From: a bacterium
GTDB lineage: Bacteria > 4484-113 > JAFGCY01
Assembly (NCBI GenBank): GCA_020440645.1
Contig: JAGRNR010000009.1
Location: 5,092-69,091 of the forward strand
Reading direction: 5' to 3'
DNA: 64,000 bases
Shown: positions 10,117 through 18,243 of the stretch, piece by piece
Numbering within the stretch: position 1 is the first letter of the stretch
Layout of the letters: every line of letters starts with the position of its first letter
Notes under the pieces: model-generated
The model's input: only the letters and a program-made list of their open reading frames with translations
Databases searched by the model: none
Told to the model about the DNA's origin: nothing
Made by a program: the position numbers and the translations under genes

Positions 10117-11265
10117 TCAGACATTGTCCATGCCCACGGTGTTCCCGCCGCCCGGTCCAAGCGCATCCAGCCAGTCACAGAAAGCCTCCAGCTCCTGCAC
10201 GCTGATCTCATGGCCCCCATCAAAGCTGAAGCGGGTCACGGGGCAGCCCTGTTCCTCGAGGAAGTCCGCCAGCATCTCGCTTTCAGCCGGCTTCACGGCG
10301 CTGTCGCGCAGGCCATGCCCCGAGAACACCGGAAAATCGAGTTCGCGGCGCGGCAGTTCGTCATTCACCGCGAGCGTGGTGCTGAAGCAGGCCAGCGCGT
10401 CATACTGCCCGCTGCGGGTCAGGGCGCAGTAGCTCGCCAGCATCCCGCCCTGGCTGAAGCCGGCCAGCACCACAGGGCCGATGCGGAAATGCTCTCGCAT
10501 CCTGGCAACCACATTGCCGACGTACTCCGCATTCTGTTCGAGGTACTGCAGGCGCAGCTCATCGCTGAGGCTGCCCGGCCACCAGATGCGCGAGTCCTGG
10601 TGGTCGCTGAACACCGGGTAGGCCGCCGCCGGGGCCGCCATGATGTAGTCCCTGTGCGGCATCTGCTGGCGCCAGGCAGCGATGTTCTCCGGCGTACCGG
10701 TTGCCCCGTGCAGCATCACCACGAGCGTGTATTCGCGCTCGCTGTCAAAGTCTTCCGGCAGGAAGTAGCGCACGCTGCCCATGCTGCCCATCGGCACTAG
10801 CAGCGTCTCACCCATCTGCTCGCGGTAGCGCAGCTCACGGCTGCGCAGCACCTCGGCCGCCATCCGGAAGCTGTAGTCCTCGCGCACGTTGTCAAAGCGC
10901 GGGTCGTCAATCCGGGCACTGATGTTGCGCAGCCCGGCCTCCTGTGCGAGGCGCAGTGCATCCGATGCCAGGCTGGCCCGCCCGAGCTGGCCATAGCAGC
11001 CAGCCAGGCGCAGCAGCACCTCGAAATTCGAGGCATCGGACTGCAGGGCCGCGATGTAGCAGGCCGCAGCCTGTTCCAGTTCGCCCTGGTTCTCATGCTG
11101 CAGGCCCATCAGCACATAACTGGCCCGGTCGTTGTCCAGTACGGTGAGCGCATCCCCGGCCAGCGGGTCAATCTCATCCGGGCTCAGGTATTCCCACTGC
11201 GCGTGTGCCACCGACAGTGACAGCAGTGCGGCAAGCAGGGCCAGCATGGCAATCCGGTGGATCAT
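10117..11265 (-). CDS. Secreted TPR-repeat protein fused to an alpha/beta-hydrolase (phospholipase/carboxylesterase family) domain
   Basis: Start chosen at the internal Met of MKMIHRIAMLALLAALLSLSVAHAQ (signal peptide; GGAGG upstream). TPR-like N-terminal half. C-terminal half has HGATGTPENIAAW and the GxSxG nucleophile elbow GFSQGGMLAS. Confidence 0.7.
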   Translation of the reverse strand: MIHRIAMLALLAALLSLSVAHAQWEYLSPDEIDPLAGDALTVLDNDRASYVLMGLQHENQGELEQAAACYIAALQSDASNFEVLLRLAGCYGQLGRASLASDALRLAQEAGLRNISARIDDPRFDNVREDYSFRMAAEVLRSRELRYREQMGETLLVPMGSMGSVRYFLPEDFDSEREYTLVVMLHGATGTPENIAAWRQQMPHRDYIMAAPAAAYPVFSDHQDSRIWWPGSLSDELRLQYLEQNAEYVGNVVARMREHFRIGPVVLAGFSQGGMLASYCALTRSGQYDALACFSTTLAVNDELPRRELDFPVFSGHGLRDSAVKPAESEMLADFLEEQGCPVTRFSFDGGHEISVQELEAFCDWLDALGPGGGNTVGMDNV

Positions 11266-11311
11266 CTTCATTTCCTCCACTCCCCCCTGGAGCATTATGA
11301 CAGCCGCAGCT

Positions 11312-12352
11312 TCAGTGGCGTGACCCGAGCTCTGACAGGATCTGCTTCAGGTCCGCCAGGCAACGCTGCTGCCCCGCCGGGCTGCGTCCGTCCACCTTGC
11401 GCACCAGGTCAAACCACGAGTAGGCCAGCACGTTGTCAGCCCCGGCATTGAAGCCGGCCTGCACCATCGCGCGCATCTGCTCGAGCGTCGGGAAGCTGGC
11501 GGAATTGCTGCCCTTGCCGTACATCCGCCAGTCGAAGCTCTGGAACACGAGGATCAGCGGCTGCGATGGCTTGCGCAGCTCATTGGCGCGGCGCACCAGT
11601 GCGTCCACCTCGTAGCTGATCGCCTCGATGCTGTGGCCATCATCCAGCCAATGCGCACCGACGGGGTAGCAGTCCACCATCACCCAGTCGCAGCAGTCGC
11701 GGATCATGCTGCGCATGCTCTGCTCGAACTGCTCATCATGCTGGAGGTAGTCCGGGGTGCCGTGCGGATAGTTGCGGCTATCAAAGCGCCGGTTCATCTC
11801 ATGGCGGTCCGGCAGCTGGTTCCAGACGCAGATCTGCGGCCGGTCGGGGTCGATGCGGCGGATGCTCTGGTACAGGTCGCGCATCTGCCCAAGCGACAGG
11901 CTGTATTTCTCCGTGCCGTCCACCCCGCTGAGCATCGGCAGGATCTCATCATGCACATACCAGGCCCCGATCTGCTCCTCGTTGCGCAGGGCCTCGACCT
12001 CAGCCAGCGCCCTGGCAACCTGTACGGAGGATGTGCGCGGGGTAGCACCTTCGAGGGCATTGAACAGGCTGTAGCCGATGCTGATCCCCTCGCGCCTGGC
12101 AATCGCCATGTAGGCATCGAAGTTGTCACGGTCGGCCGGGCCTTCCGGCCACTGCAGCGCGTAGTCAATCACGAAATTGACACCGCTGTCGGACAGCTCG
12201 CTGAACTGCTCGTTCACCTGAAGCAGGTTCCAGCAGCCCATCGAGATGTAACAGCCCACGAGCCGGTTGGGGTCTGGTGTGCTGTTGGCAGCCAGCGCCC
12301 TGCCACCGTTCAGGCAGGCGATCAGGATCAGGCTGGCCATCAGGGTCCTCAT
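11312..12352 (-). CDS. Secreted hypothetical protein (346 aa), possibly glycosyl-hydrolase-like
   Basis: Signal peptide MRTLMASLILIACLNGGRALAANS. Operon member, with a 4-nt overlap with the upstream deacetylase gene. Function not assignable from sequence alone. Confidence 0.55.
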   Translation of the reverse strand: MRTLMASLILIACLNGGRALAANSTPDPNRLVGCYISMGCWNLLQVNEQFSELSDSGVNFVIDYALQWPEGPADRDNFDAYMAIARREGISIGYSLFNALEGATPRTSSVQVARALAEVEALRNEEQIGAWYVHDEILPMLSGVDGTEKYSLSLGQMRDLYQSIRRIDPDRPQICVWNQLPDRHEMNRRFDSRNYPHGTPDYLQHDEQFEQSMRSMIRDCCDWVMVDCYPVGAHWLDDGHSIEAISYEVDALVRRANELRKPSQPLILVFQSFDWRMYGKGSNSASFPTLEQMRAMVQAGFNAGADNVLAYSWFDLVRKVDGRSPAGQQRCLADLKQILSELGSRH

Positions 12353-13452
12353 TGCTTTTGGTTGAGCTTGCGCATCACGACTTCAGTGGTGCCGGTCGGG
12401 ATGTTGGCAATCAGCATGTCGCCGCTGCGGCGCACAGAGCTGACCGGCTTGCCGTCGGCCAGCACCTCGGCCTGCTCCCAGTCAGCCGGGACGGCGCACT
12501 GCACGGAGATCACGTCCCAGTAGTTCTGGTAGTCCGGCAGCTGGCTGATCTTCGCAATCATGTAGTCCTTATCGAAATCAAGCAGTTCCAAGGTGAACTG
12601 CCGGCTCTCCAGCATGTAGCGGGCCACATTCCTGATCGGGGCCACCCAGACACGGTCCCCGAAAGATGCGAGGTACTCGTAATGTTCGACGAAGTCGTTG
12701 TAGGGGCGCGGACTCCAGCCCACACCGGGCTCGCCCGCCTCACCGATGCCGTGGCACTGCTCGATCATCCAGCCCTGCTTGCTGATGGCAAGGTCCGTCG
12801 TGCTGTTCCACATCCACATTGGCAGGATGTCCTGGTTGGCCCAGCTGTAGAGGTGCATCAGCGGCGGGTTGGCGGAGCAGTTGCGCTGGGCGATGTCCTC
12901 CCTCTCCTGCGGGCCACTGCGGGCGAACATGTATCCGAACTCAGCAGCGGTGTGGAAATTGCCGTAGTGGTACTGCTCATAGGGGTAGATCAGGGTATCC
13001 ACCTGGTCCAGGCCCTCGATGTTATCGAGCAGGAACCGGTGGCAGGTGCCGATCTCATCGCGCACCACTTCCTCGCTGCTTTCCGCCATGTTGAGGTGCG
13101 TCTTCGAATGGTTGGCGATCTCATGCCCATCGTCGAAGGCTTGCTGCAGCTGTTCCTTCCAGCCCTTGCGCTTGACGATGGTGGTGGAGACGATGCCGAG
13201 CGTGACCTTCCAGCCGTACTTGTCCCACAGCGGCATGCCCCGCTCCCAGTGGTCCAGCGAGCCGTCGTCGAAGGTCAGGCTGACCGCACCCTCCGCGCCG
13301 TTGTACCAGCGGCAGATTTCCGGCTTCGGGCGCCATCGCTCATCAGTCTGGGGCACCTGGTCCTTCTGCGGGATCACGATGATGTCTCCCTGGGCCAGCG
13401 CAGTGCCGCCCAGCAGCAGCATCAGCAGTAAAAGGGATAGTGTCTGTCTCAT
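12349..13452 (-). CDS. Polysaccharide deacetylase (NodB homology, CE4 family), secreted
   Basis: Signal peptide MRQTLSLLLLMLLLGGTALAQG. NodB motifs VSLTFDDGSLDHW and DDGHEIANHSKTH. Confidence 0.8.
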   Translation of the reverse strand: MRQTLSLLLLMLLLGGTALAQGDIIVIPQKDQVPQTDERWRPKPEICRWYNGAEGAVSLTFDDGSLDHWERGMPLWDKYGWKVTLGIVSTTIVKRKGWKEQLQQAFDDGHEIANHSKTHLNMAESSEEVVRDEIGTCHRFLLDNIEGLDQVDTLIYPYEQYHYGNFHTAAEFGYMFARSGPQEREDIAQRNCSANPPLMHLYSWANQDILPMWMWNSTTDLAISKQGWMIEQCHGIGEAGEPGVGWSPRPYNDFVEHYEYLASFGDRVWVAPIRNVARYMLESRQFTLELLDFDKDYMIAKISQLPDYQNYWDVISVQCAVPADWEQAEVLADGKPVSSVRRSGDMLIANIPTGTTEVVMRKLNQKQ

Positions 13453-13530
13453 AGGCGTTGTCGGCTGGAGATTCTACCCGCGGACAGCCGTCCGCGCTTC
13501 AAATATGGATGGACTCGAAGCTAATTCCGT

Positions 13531-15027
13531 TCAGCGGAAGGGGTAAACAGGCACCTTGATCGGTGAGATCAGGTCGGCTTCCTTGCGCAGGATATTCGTC
13601 ACCACCGGGTAGGAACTGTGCCAGAACGGGAAACCGGTCGAACCCTGCACCTCTCGGCCGTAGAAGCTGCGGTTGATCTGCAGCGTAAGCTTGGTGTCCG
13701 CCGGGCCCATTGCCTTGCCGAACTCGGTCATCTCGCCTGCCATGTAGTAACTGTTGTAGTGGGTTTCCTTGCGCACGATGGCCGGGATTACCAGCGGCAG
13801 GTCGTGTCGGCGCATCTTGTCCTTGCCACTGTCGGTCAGCTTGAATTCGAAGTCCGCGAGGATCTGGACGGAAGGATCCGGACGAACGGTCACCACATCA
13901 AACCAGTAGGTGAAGGTGCTCGGGCGGCTGCCCTGCATCACGTCCATTTCCATGTAGTCGGTACGGGGCACGAACAACATGCCGCCCGGTGCCACGTCAT
14001 CCGCGTCCGTCAGCACGAAGAATTCGTCCTCGCCATCCTTGCACAGCAGGTAACCGGAGCCGGTCAGGTCCCAGTCCTTTCCATGCTTTTGCTTGTACAG
14101 CTCAAACAGCCACCAGGGCACATCAGTGACATCGCCGAAGTCCACGAAGTAACGACCGATCCAGTGGGTCCAGTCCACCCCGAAGATCTCTTCAAGCCGG
14201 TCCCGCAGTTCCTCATCCGTCGGGGATGCCAGGGTATTGAATTCAGCACAGATCGTGCGCCCACCCTGGTCGAGGAAGCCCTCGATTGCGGTGATCTCCT
14301 CAGGTTTCATGCCTCCGTAGATCTTCGGTGAGTAGATCGTATGTGCGATGTTATCGCCCCAATAGTCGCTGCGGAACTGCCAGTAGTCAGCGCTGTAGAC
14401 GCCATAGCTGTCACAGATGTAAAGCAGGTCACGGTCCGCAAGATCGGCGGAGTCGATGTAATCAAATCGCCAATGTACATCATTCTTGAGGCGGGCATCC
14501 TCCGCGGGATTGCTGCTGCTTGGCACCGGCCCGACGAAGTTCGGGTTGAATTCCTGCGAGAACATCGCGTTTTCCTGCTCAGGGGGCGCAAGGATCCTGT
14601 CATCCGGCGGCGGGTAGAAGCCGGTGTAGTCCAGGTCCTCCGCATAGAAGCGGTTGTCGGTCTGCTTGGTCGGGTCGACGAACTTGTTATTGGTCAGCAG
14701 CCAGAACAGGCCGCGGTGTTCGCGGTAGTCCTGGAACGGCACCGTCTTGTCCACGATCATCATCTTGAGCGGGATGTCCGGCGTACGCTCCCAGAACAGG
14801 TGCGGAATCAGCACGCAAAGGTAGATGATCAGCGCCAGGATCAGGATCGTGTGCAGGCGCCGGCTCGTGATGAAGGCCACAAGAAAGGGCTTCTTGCGCG
14901 GCTTGCCGATGCCTTCAGCTTCGCGCCGGTGGCGGGCCTTGCGGTCCGGCGGCGGCACGAGCGTGGCAGTGGCCGTTCCACCCGGCTGCTGCTCCTCCTG
15001 GTTGTCTCCCTTAATCAGGTCACTCAT
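13531..15027 (-). CDS. Hypothetical membrane-anchored protein (498 aa), conserved operon partner of the GT2 synthase
   Basis: Single TM (LHTILILALIIYLCVLIPHLFW) after a basic N-terminus, then a large extracytoplasmic domain. Lies between the GT2 and CE4 genes in the same orientation. Confidence 0.6.
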   Translation of the reverse strand: MSDLIKGDNQEEQQPGGTATATLVPPPDRKARHRREAEGIGKPRKKPFLVAFITSRRLHTILILALIIYLCVLIPHLFWERTPDIPLKMMIVDKTVPFQDYREHRGLFWLLTNNKFVDPTKQTDNRFYAEDLDYTGFYPPPDDRILAPPEQENAMFSQEFNPNFVGPVPSSSNPAEDARLKNDVHWRFDYIDSADLADRDLLYICDSYGVYSADYWQFRSDYWGDNIAHTIYSPKIYGGMKPEEITAIEGFLDQGGRTICAEFNTLASPTDEELRDRLEEIFGVDWTHWIGRYFVDFGDVTDVPWWLFELYKQKHGKDWDLTGSGYLLCKDGEDEFFVLTDADDVAPGGMLFVPRTDYMEMDVMQGSRPSTFTYWFDVVTVRPDPSVQILADFEFKLTDSGKDKMRRHDLPLVIPAIVRKETHYNSYYMAGEMTEFGKAMGPADTKLTLQINRSFYGREVQGSTGFPFWHSSYPVVTNILRKEADLISPIKVPVYPFR

Positions 15028-15050
15028 ATCCAGTCACTTGCTCCCGTGGA

Positions 15051-16490
15051 TCAGGATCCTGCGGTACGGAATCCACCGCGCCGGATCGCACCCCACAGCT
15101 TGCGGAAGCCGCCGAGGTACTCAAGCATGGCCTGCAGGCGCCAGATCGCATTGATCTGGCGGAAGCCGAAGTTGTACAGGAAGCCGCCCCAGAGCAGCTT
15201 GAACAGGTCGGATGTCCGCTGGTAGCGGTGGAAGCTGAGCTCCTCCACGAGCACCGTGATCACGGTGAACATGAAGCCCAGTGACATGCTCAGCAGGATG
15301 AACATCAGCATCCATTCCAGCGAGAGCACACCGGCCCACCAGAAGATCACGATCAGCACGTAGCCGAACAGCTCGACGATGCAGCCCAGCATCTCGAATA
15401 TAAGGTAATAGGGCATGCCGAACATGCCCAGTGCGCCGAAGCGCGGGTTGAACATCATTTCGCCGTTGTAGCGCAGGCTGTCCACCAGGCCCTTCTGCCA
15501 GCGGCGGCGCTGGCCGGCGAGGCTCTTCATGTCCTCCGGCACCTCGGTCCAGCAGACCGGGTCCGGGTTGAAGAACATCTTGAATTCCTGCCGCTTCTTC
15601 TTGAAGATGCGGTTGAGGCGCACCACCAGCTCCATGTCCTCGCCGATGGTGTCCTCGCGATAGCCGCCGACCTCGATCACGGACTCCTTGTGGAACATCC
15701 CGAAGGCACCGGAGATCAGCAGCACCACACCCATCTGGGCGAAGGCGATGCGGCTGGAGAGGAATGTCATCAGGTACTCGACCGTCTGGGCCAGTGCCAG
15801 CCAGTTGGTGGCGATGTTCACTTCCTTGACGCGGCCGTAGTCCACCACGCAGTTGTTCGCCACGCGGATCACACCGCCGACGGCGATCATCGTGTCCGGA
15901 TGCTCAATGAAGGGACGCATCGTCTTCAGCAGGGCGTCGGAGTCGAGGATCGAATCCGCGTCCAGCGTACAGAAGTAGGGGTACTGGCTGACGTTGATGC
16001 CCACGTTGAGCGCACTGCTCTTGCCGCCGTTGGGCTTGTCCACCACCACGAGGTTAGGGTGCATGCGGCTTTCGTAGATCGCCTTGACCGGCTCGGTCTC
16101 GATCTTGCGCTGGTAGATCTTGCTCACCGGCACGAGGTCGAAGGCCTCAATCAGCACCTGCATGGTGTTGTCCTTCGAGCCGTCGTTGACCACGATCACC
16201 TCGAACTGCGGGTAATGCAGGGTCAGGAGCGAGCGCACCGACTCCATGATCACCTTCTCCTCGTTGTAGGCGGGACAGAGGATGCTCACGGGCTTGGTCA
16301 GCGATGTCTTGAACAGGGCGTGCAGGTCCACCACATTCACATAGTGGCGGTAGCGGCCGAGGTTCATGATGCCGATCAGGAAGAATGCAATATACGAAAT
16401 GATCAGGCCGAGGGTGTACAGGATGAAGAACCCCGAGAGCCAGAGGATAACGATGATCGCATAGCTGTTATCAAGGTCATAGCCAAACAT
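15051..16490 (-). CDS. Processive family-2 glycosyltransferase (PgaC/IcaA/cellulose-synthase-like)
   Basis: GT2 motifs: VVNDGSKDNT, TLDADS, GEDMEL and the processive-synthase QRRRW (QxxRW). Multiple TM helices at both ends. Confidence 0.85.
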   Translation of the reverse strand: MFGYDLDNSYAIIVILWLSGFFILYTLGLIISYIAFFLIGIMNLGRYRHYVNVVDLHALFKTSLTKPVSILCPAYNEEKVIMESVRSLLTLHYPQFEVIVVNDGSKDNTMQVLIEAFDLVPVSKIYQRKIETEPVKAIYESRMHPNLVVVDKPNGGKSSALNVGINVSQYPYFCTLDADSILDSDALLKTMRPFIEHPDTMIAVGGVIRVANNCVVDYGRVKEVNIATNWLALAQTVEYLMTFLSSRIAFAQMGVVLLISGAFGMFHKESVIEVGGYREDTIGEDMELVVRLNRIFKKKRQEFKMFFNPDPVCWTEVPEDMKSLAGQRRRWQKGLVDSLRYNGEMMFNPRFGALGMFGMPYYLIFEMLGCIVELFGYVLIVIFWWAGVLSLEWMLMFILLSMSLGFMFTVITVLVEELSFHRYQRTSDLFKLLWGGFLYNFGFRQINAIWRLQAMLEYLGGFRKLWGAIRRGGFRTAGS

Positions 16491-17629
16491 CAGTTATCAC
16501 CCTCCGTGTCACGGCTTCCCGGCAGCTCCCGCTCCCGGCTCGGGGTGGCGGCGGATTCAAGCTGCTCTTCCCCGAAGAAGCGGCTGAGGTTACCGTTGGA
16601 CCGCTCGAGCTGGTAATTGGCCACATCCCTGGCGAAGTCATCATCATCACGCCGGGCCTGGTGCAGGATCTCACCACCTCTGCGTCCATAGGCCGCCAGT
16701 GACTGGGCTGCGTTGCGGCGTACCCAGTAGCTCGGGTCGGACAGCGCATCCCGCAGGATCGGCAGGCCGTCCTTGACCTGCATGGTGCCCAGTGCCTTGA
16801 CGGCCTGGGCCCGGATCTCCCAGGAACGGTCCTTGGAAAGCCGCAGGAACTCGGGGATGCTGCGCGGGGAGGCGATCTTGCCCATCGACTTGATGGTGCG
16901 GATCACCTTTTCCTTATGGGAAGAGCGCAGCACCTCATGCAGCTGGTCCACCAGCCGGTATTCCTGCAGGTCGCCGACAAGGTCAATCGCCATCAGCTTG
17001 GACTCAAGGGCGAAATCCTGGTGCTCCAGCATCTGCTTGAGGGGGACAATGGCCTGGCCGCGCATCTTCTGCACAATTTCCACCAGGCGGGTGGTTTCCA
17101 TCAGTTCGGGCCGGTTGAGGATGCTCAATAGAGCGGTGCCGGCCTCGGGCGTACCAATCATTCCCATGCTGCGCGCGGCGGTGAAGCGTACTTCCATCCG
17201 CTTGTCGCGCAGGTTGTTTGACAGGATCGGCACCGTTTCCTTGAGTCCGTAGATGCCAAGCTGCATCGCGGCGATGTCACGGATGCGCCAGTCCCAGTTA
17301 TTGAGACGGCGGGCGGTGCGGTTGAGCAGTTTCAGGCGGTCAGCGAGGGTCAGGAGCTTCTTGCGCTCCGAGCCTGTCAGCTGGCGCAGCATCCCGAGGA
17401 TCATCTCCTCAGCGAGGTCGACGTGGTTGCCGATGCTGGAGATCATTTCCTCAATGGAGCTGTCACCGCTGAGGTAACGGGCGAACACGGGCAGGAGCTC
17501 GGCGCGGCGGTTGCTGGCCCATGTGTTGTGGCTGGCCGACATCATCCGCTGAACGACGATGATCAGGAACAGCAGCGCTGAGTTGAGGAAAATTCCCGCA
17601 ACCAGATATTGCACGCTGTCAGCAAACAT
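16490..17629 (-). CDS. HEAT-repeat (PBS-lyase HEAT-like) protein with N-terminal TM segment
   Basis: Repeats of the form EVRFTAARSMGMIG, EIRAQAVKALGTM and WVRRNAAQSLAAYG. 1-nt overlap with the GT2 start. Confidence 0.7.
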   Translation of the reverse strand: MFADSVQYLVAGIFLNSALLFLIIVVQRMMSASHNTWASNRRAELLPVFARYLSGDSSIEEMISSIGNHVDLAEEMILGMLRQLTGSERKKLLTLADRLKLLNRTARRLNNWDWRIRDIAAMQLGIYGLKETVPILSNNLRDKRMEVRFTAARSMGMIGTPEAGTALLSILNRPELMETTRLVEIVQKMRGQAIVPLKQMLEHQDFALESKLMAIDLVGDLQEYRLVDQLHEVLRSSHKEKVIRTIKSMGKIASPRSIPEFLRLSKDRSWEIRAQAVKALGTMQVKDGLPILRDALSDPSYWVRRNAAQSLAAYGRRGGEILHQARRDDDDFARDVANYQLERSNGNLSRFFGEEQLESAATPSRERELPGSRDTEGDN

Positions 17630-17697
17630 TGGTTAACCCCGCTCCGATCCTTTCTTTTTCCGGGCGATGCCCCGCCCGTCACTCCAACATTAGTACG

Positions 17698-18111
17698 TCA
17701 GCCTGCCTGTGCAGTACCTCTGACATGCTTCAGGGCGTTGTACAGTCTCGCAATCAGCACGTTGATGCTGAACGGGATGGTGACGTAGTCGACGCATCCC
17801 AGCCGGAACGCATTGAGAATGTCATCCTCATCCTCCCGGGCGCTGATCACGATCATCGCCCCGGGTTCGTTGACCTTCTCACGCTGCTGGATCTCCCTCA
17901 TCACCTGAAATCCATCCAATTTCTGGATGAGGATATCTATCAACAACAGGTCAAAGGTTTCCCGCTCCATCTGGTCGAGCGCTTCAATGCCGTCAACGGC
18001 CCGACTGACCCTGAAGCCCTGCCGTTCCAGCTTGTATGACAGAATGCCAAACAGACTGTCATCCTCGAGTACGACAAGGATCTTCGGGTTGGAGACTGGG
18101 GTAGAATCCAT
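17698..18111 (-). CDS. Single-domain response regulator (CheY-like receiver, about 137 aa)
   Basis: ORF 17698..18171. Start is more likely MDSTPVSNPKILVVLEDD. The receiver Asp context is DLLLIDILIQKLDGF, and the conserved Lys lies in VDYVTIPF. Confidence 0.75.
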   Translation of the reverse strand: MDSTPVSNPKILVVLEDDSLFGILSYKLERQGFRVSRAVDGIEALDQMERETFDLLLIDILIQKLDGFQVMREIQQREKVNEPGAMIVISAREDEDDILNAFRLGCVDYVTIPFSINVLIARLYNALKHVRGTAQAG

Positions 18112-18171
18112 TCCCAAAATCACCTTTCGATAGTATGTGCCCTGATTTGAGCGACTGATTCTACCACACAC

Positions 18172-18243
18172 ATATTTATATGTGAAACGATTTGATTGTA
18201 CATAATGTAATCTTAGTTTAACTAAAGTTTAATAATAGACAAT
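18172..18243. promoter_or_regulatory. AT-rich divergent promoter region between the REC-regulator/EPS operon (minus strand) and the glycoside-hydrolase-like gene (plus strand)
   Basis: A strongly AT-rich stretch (tatgtgaaacgatttgattgtacataatgtaatcttagtttaactaaagtttaataatagacaat) in an otherwise ~65% GC genome. Near-palindromic elements include tgtacataatgtaat. Confidence 0.45.

Noticed and set aside
13480-13497. Inverted repeat CGCGGAC-AGCC-GTCCGCG between the unknown membrane protein gene and the deacetylase gene
   Set aside because: Short stem without a T-tract, inside a 78-bp intra-operon spacer. It could be an attenuator, but the evidence is too thin to call a terminator.
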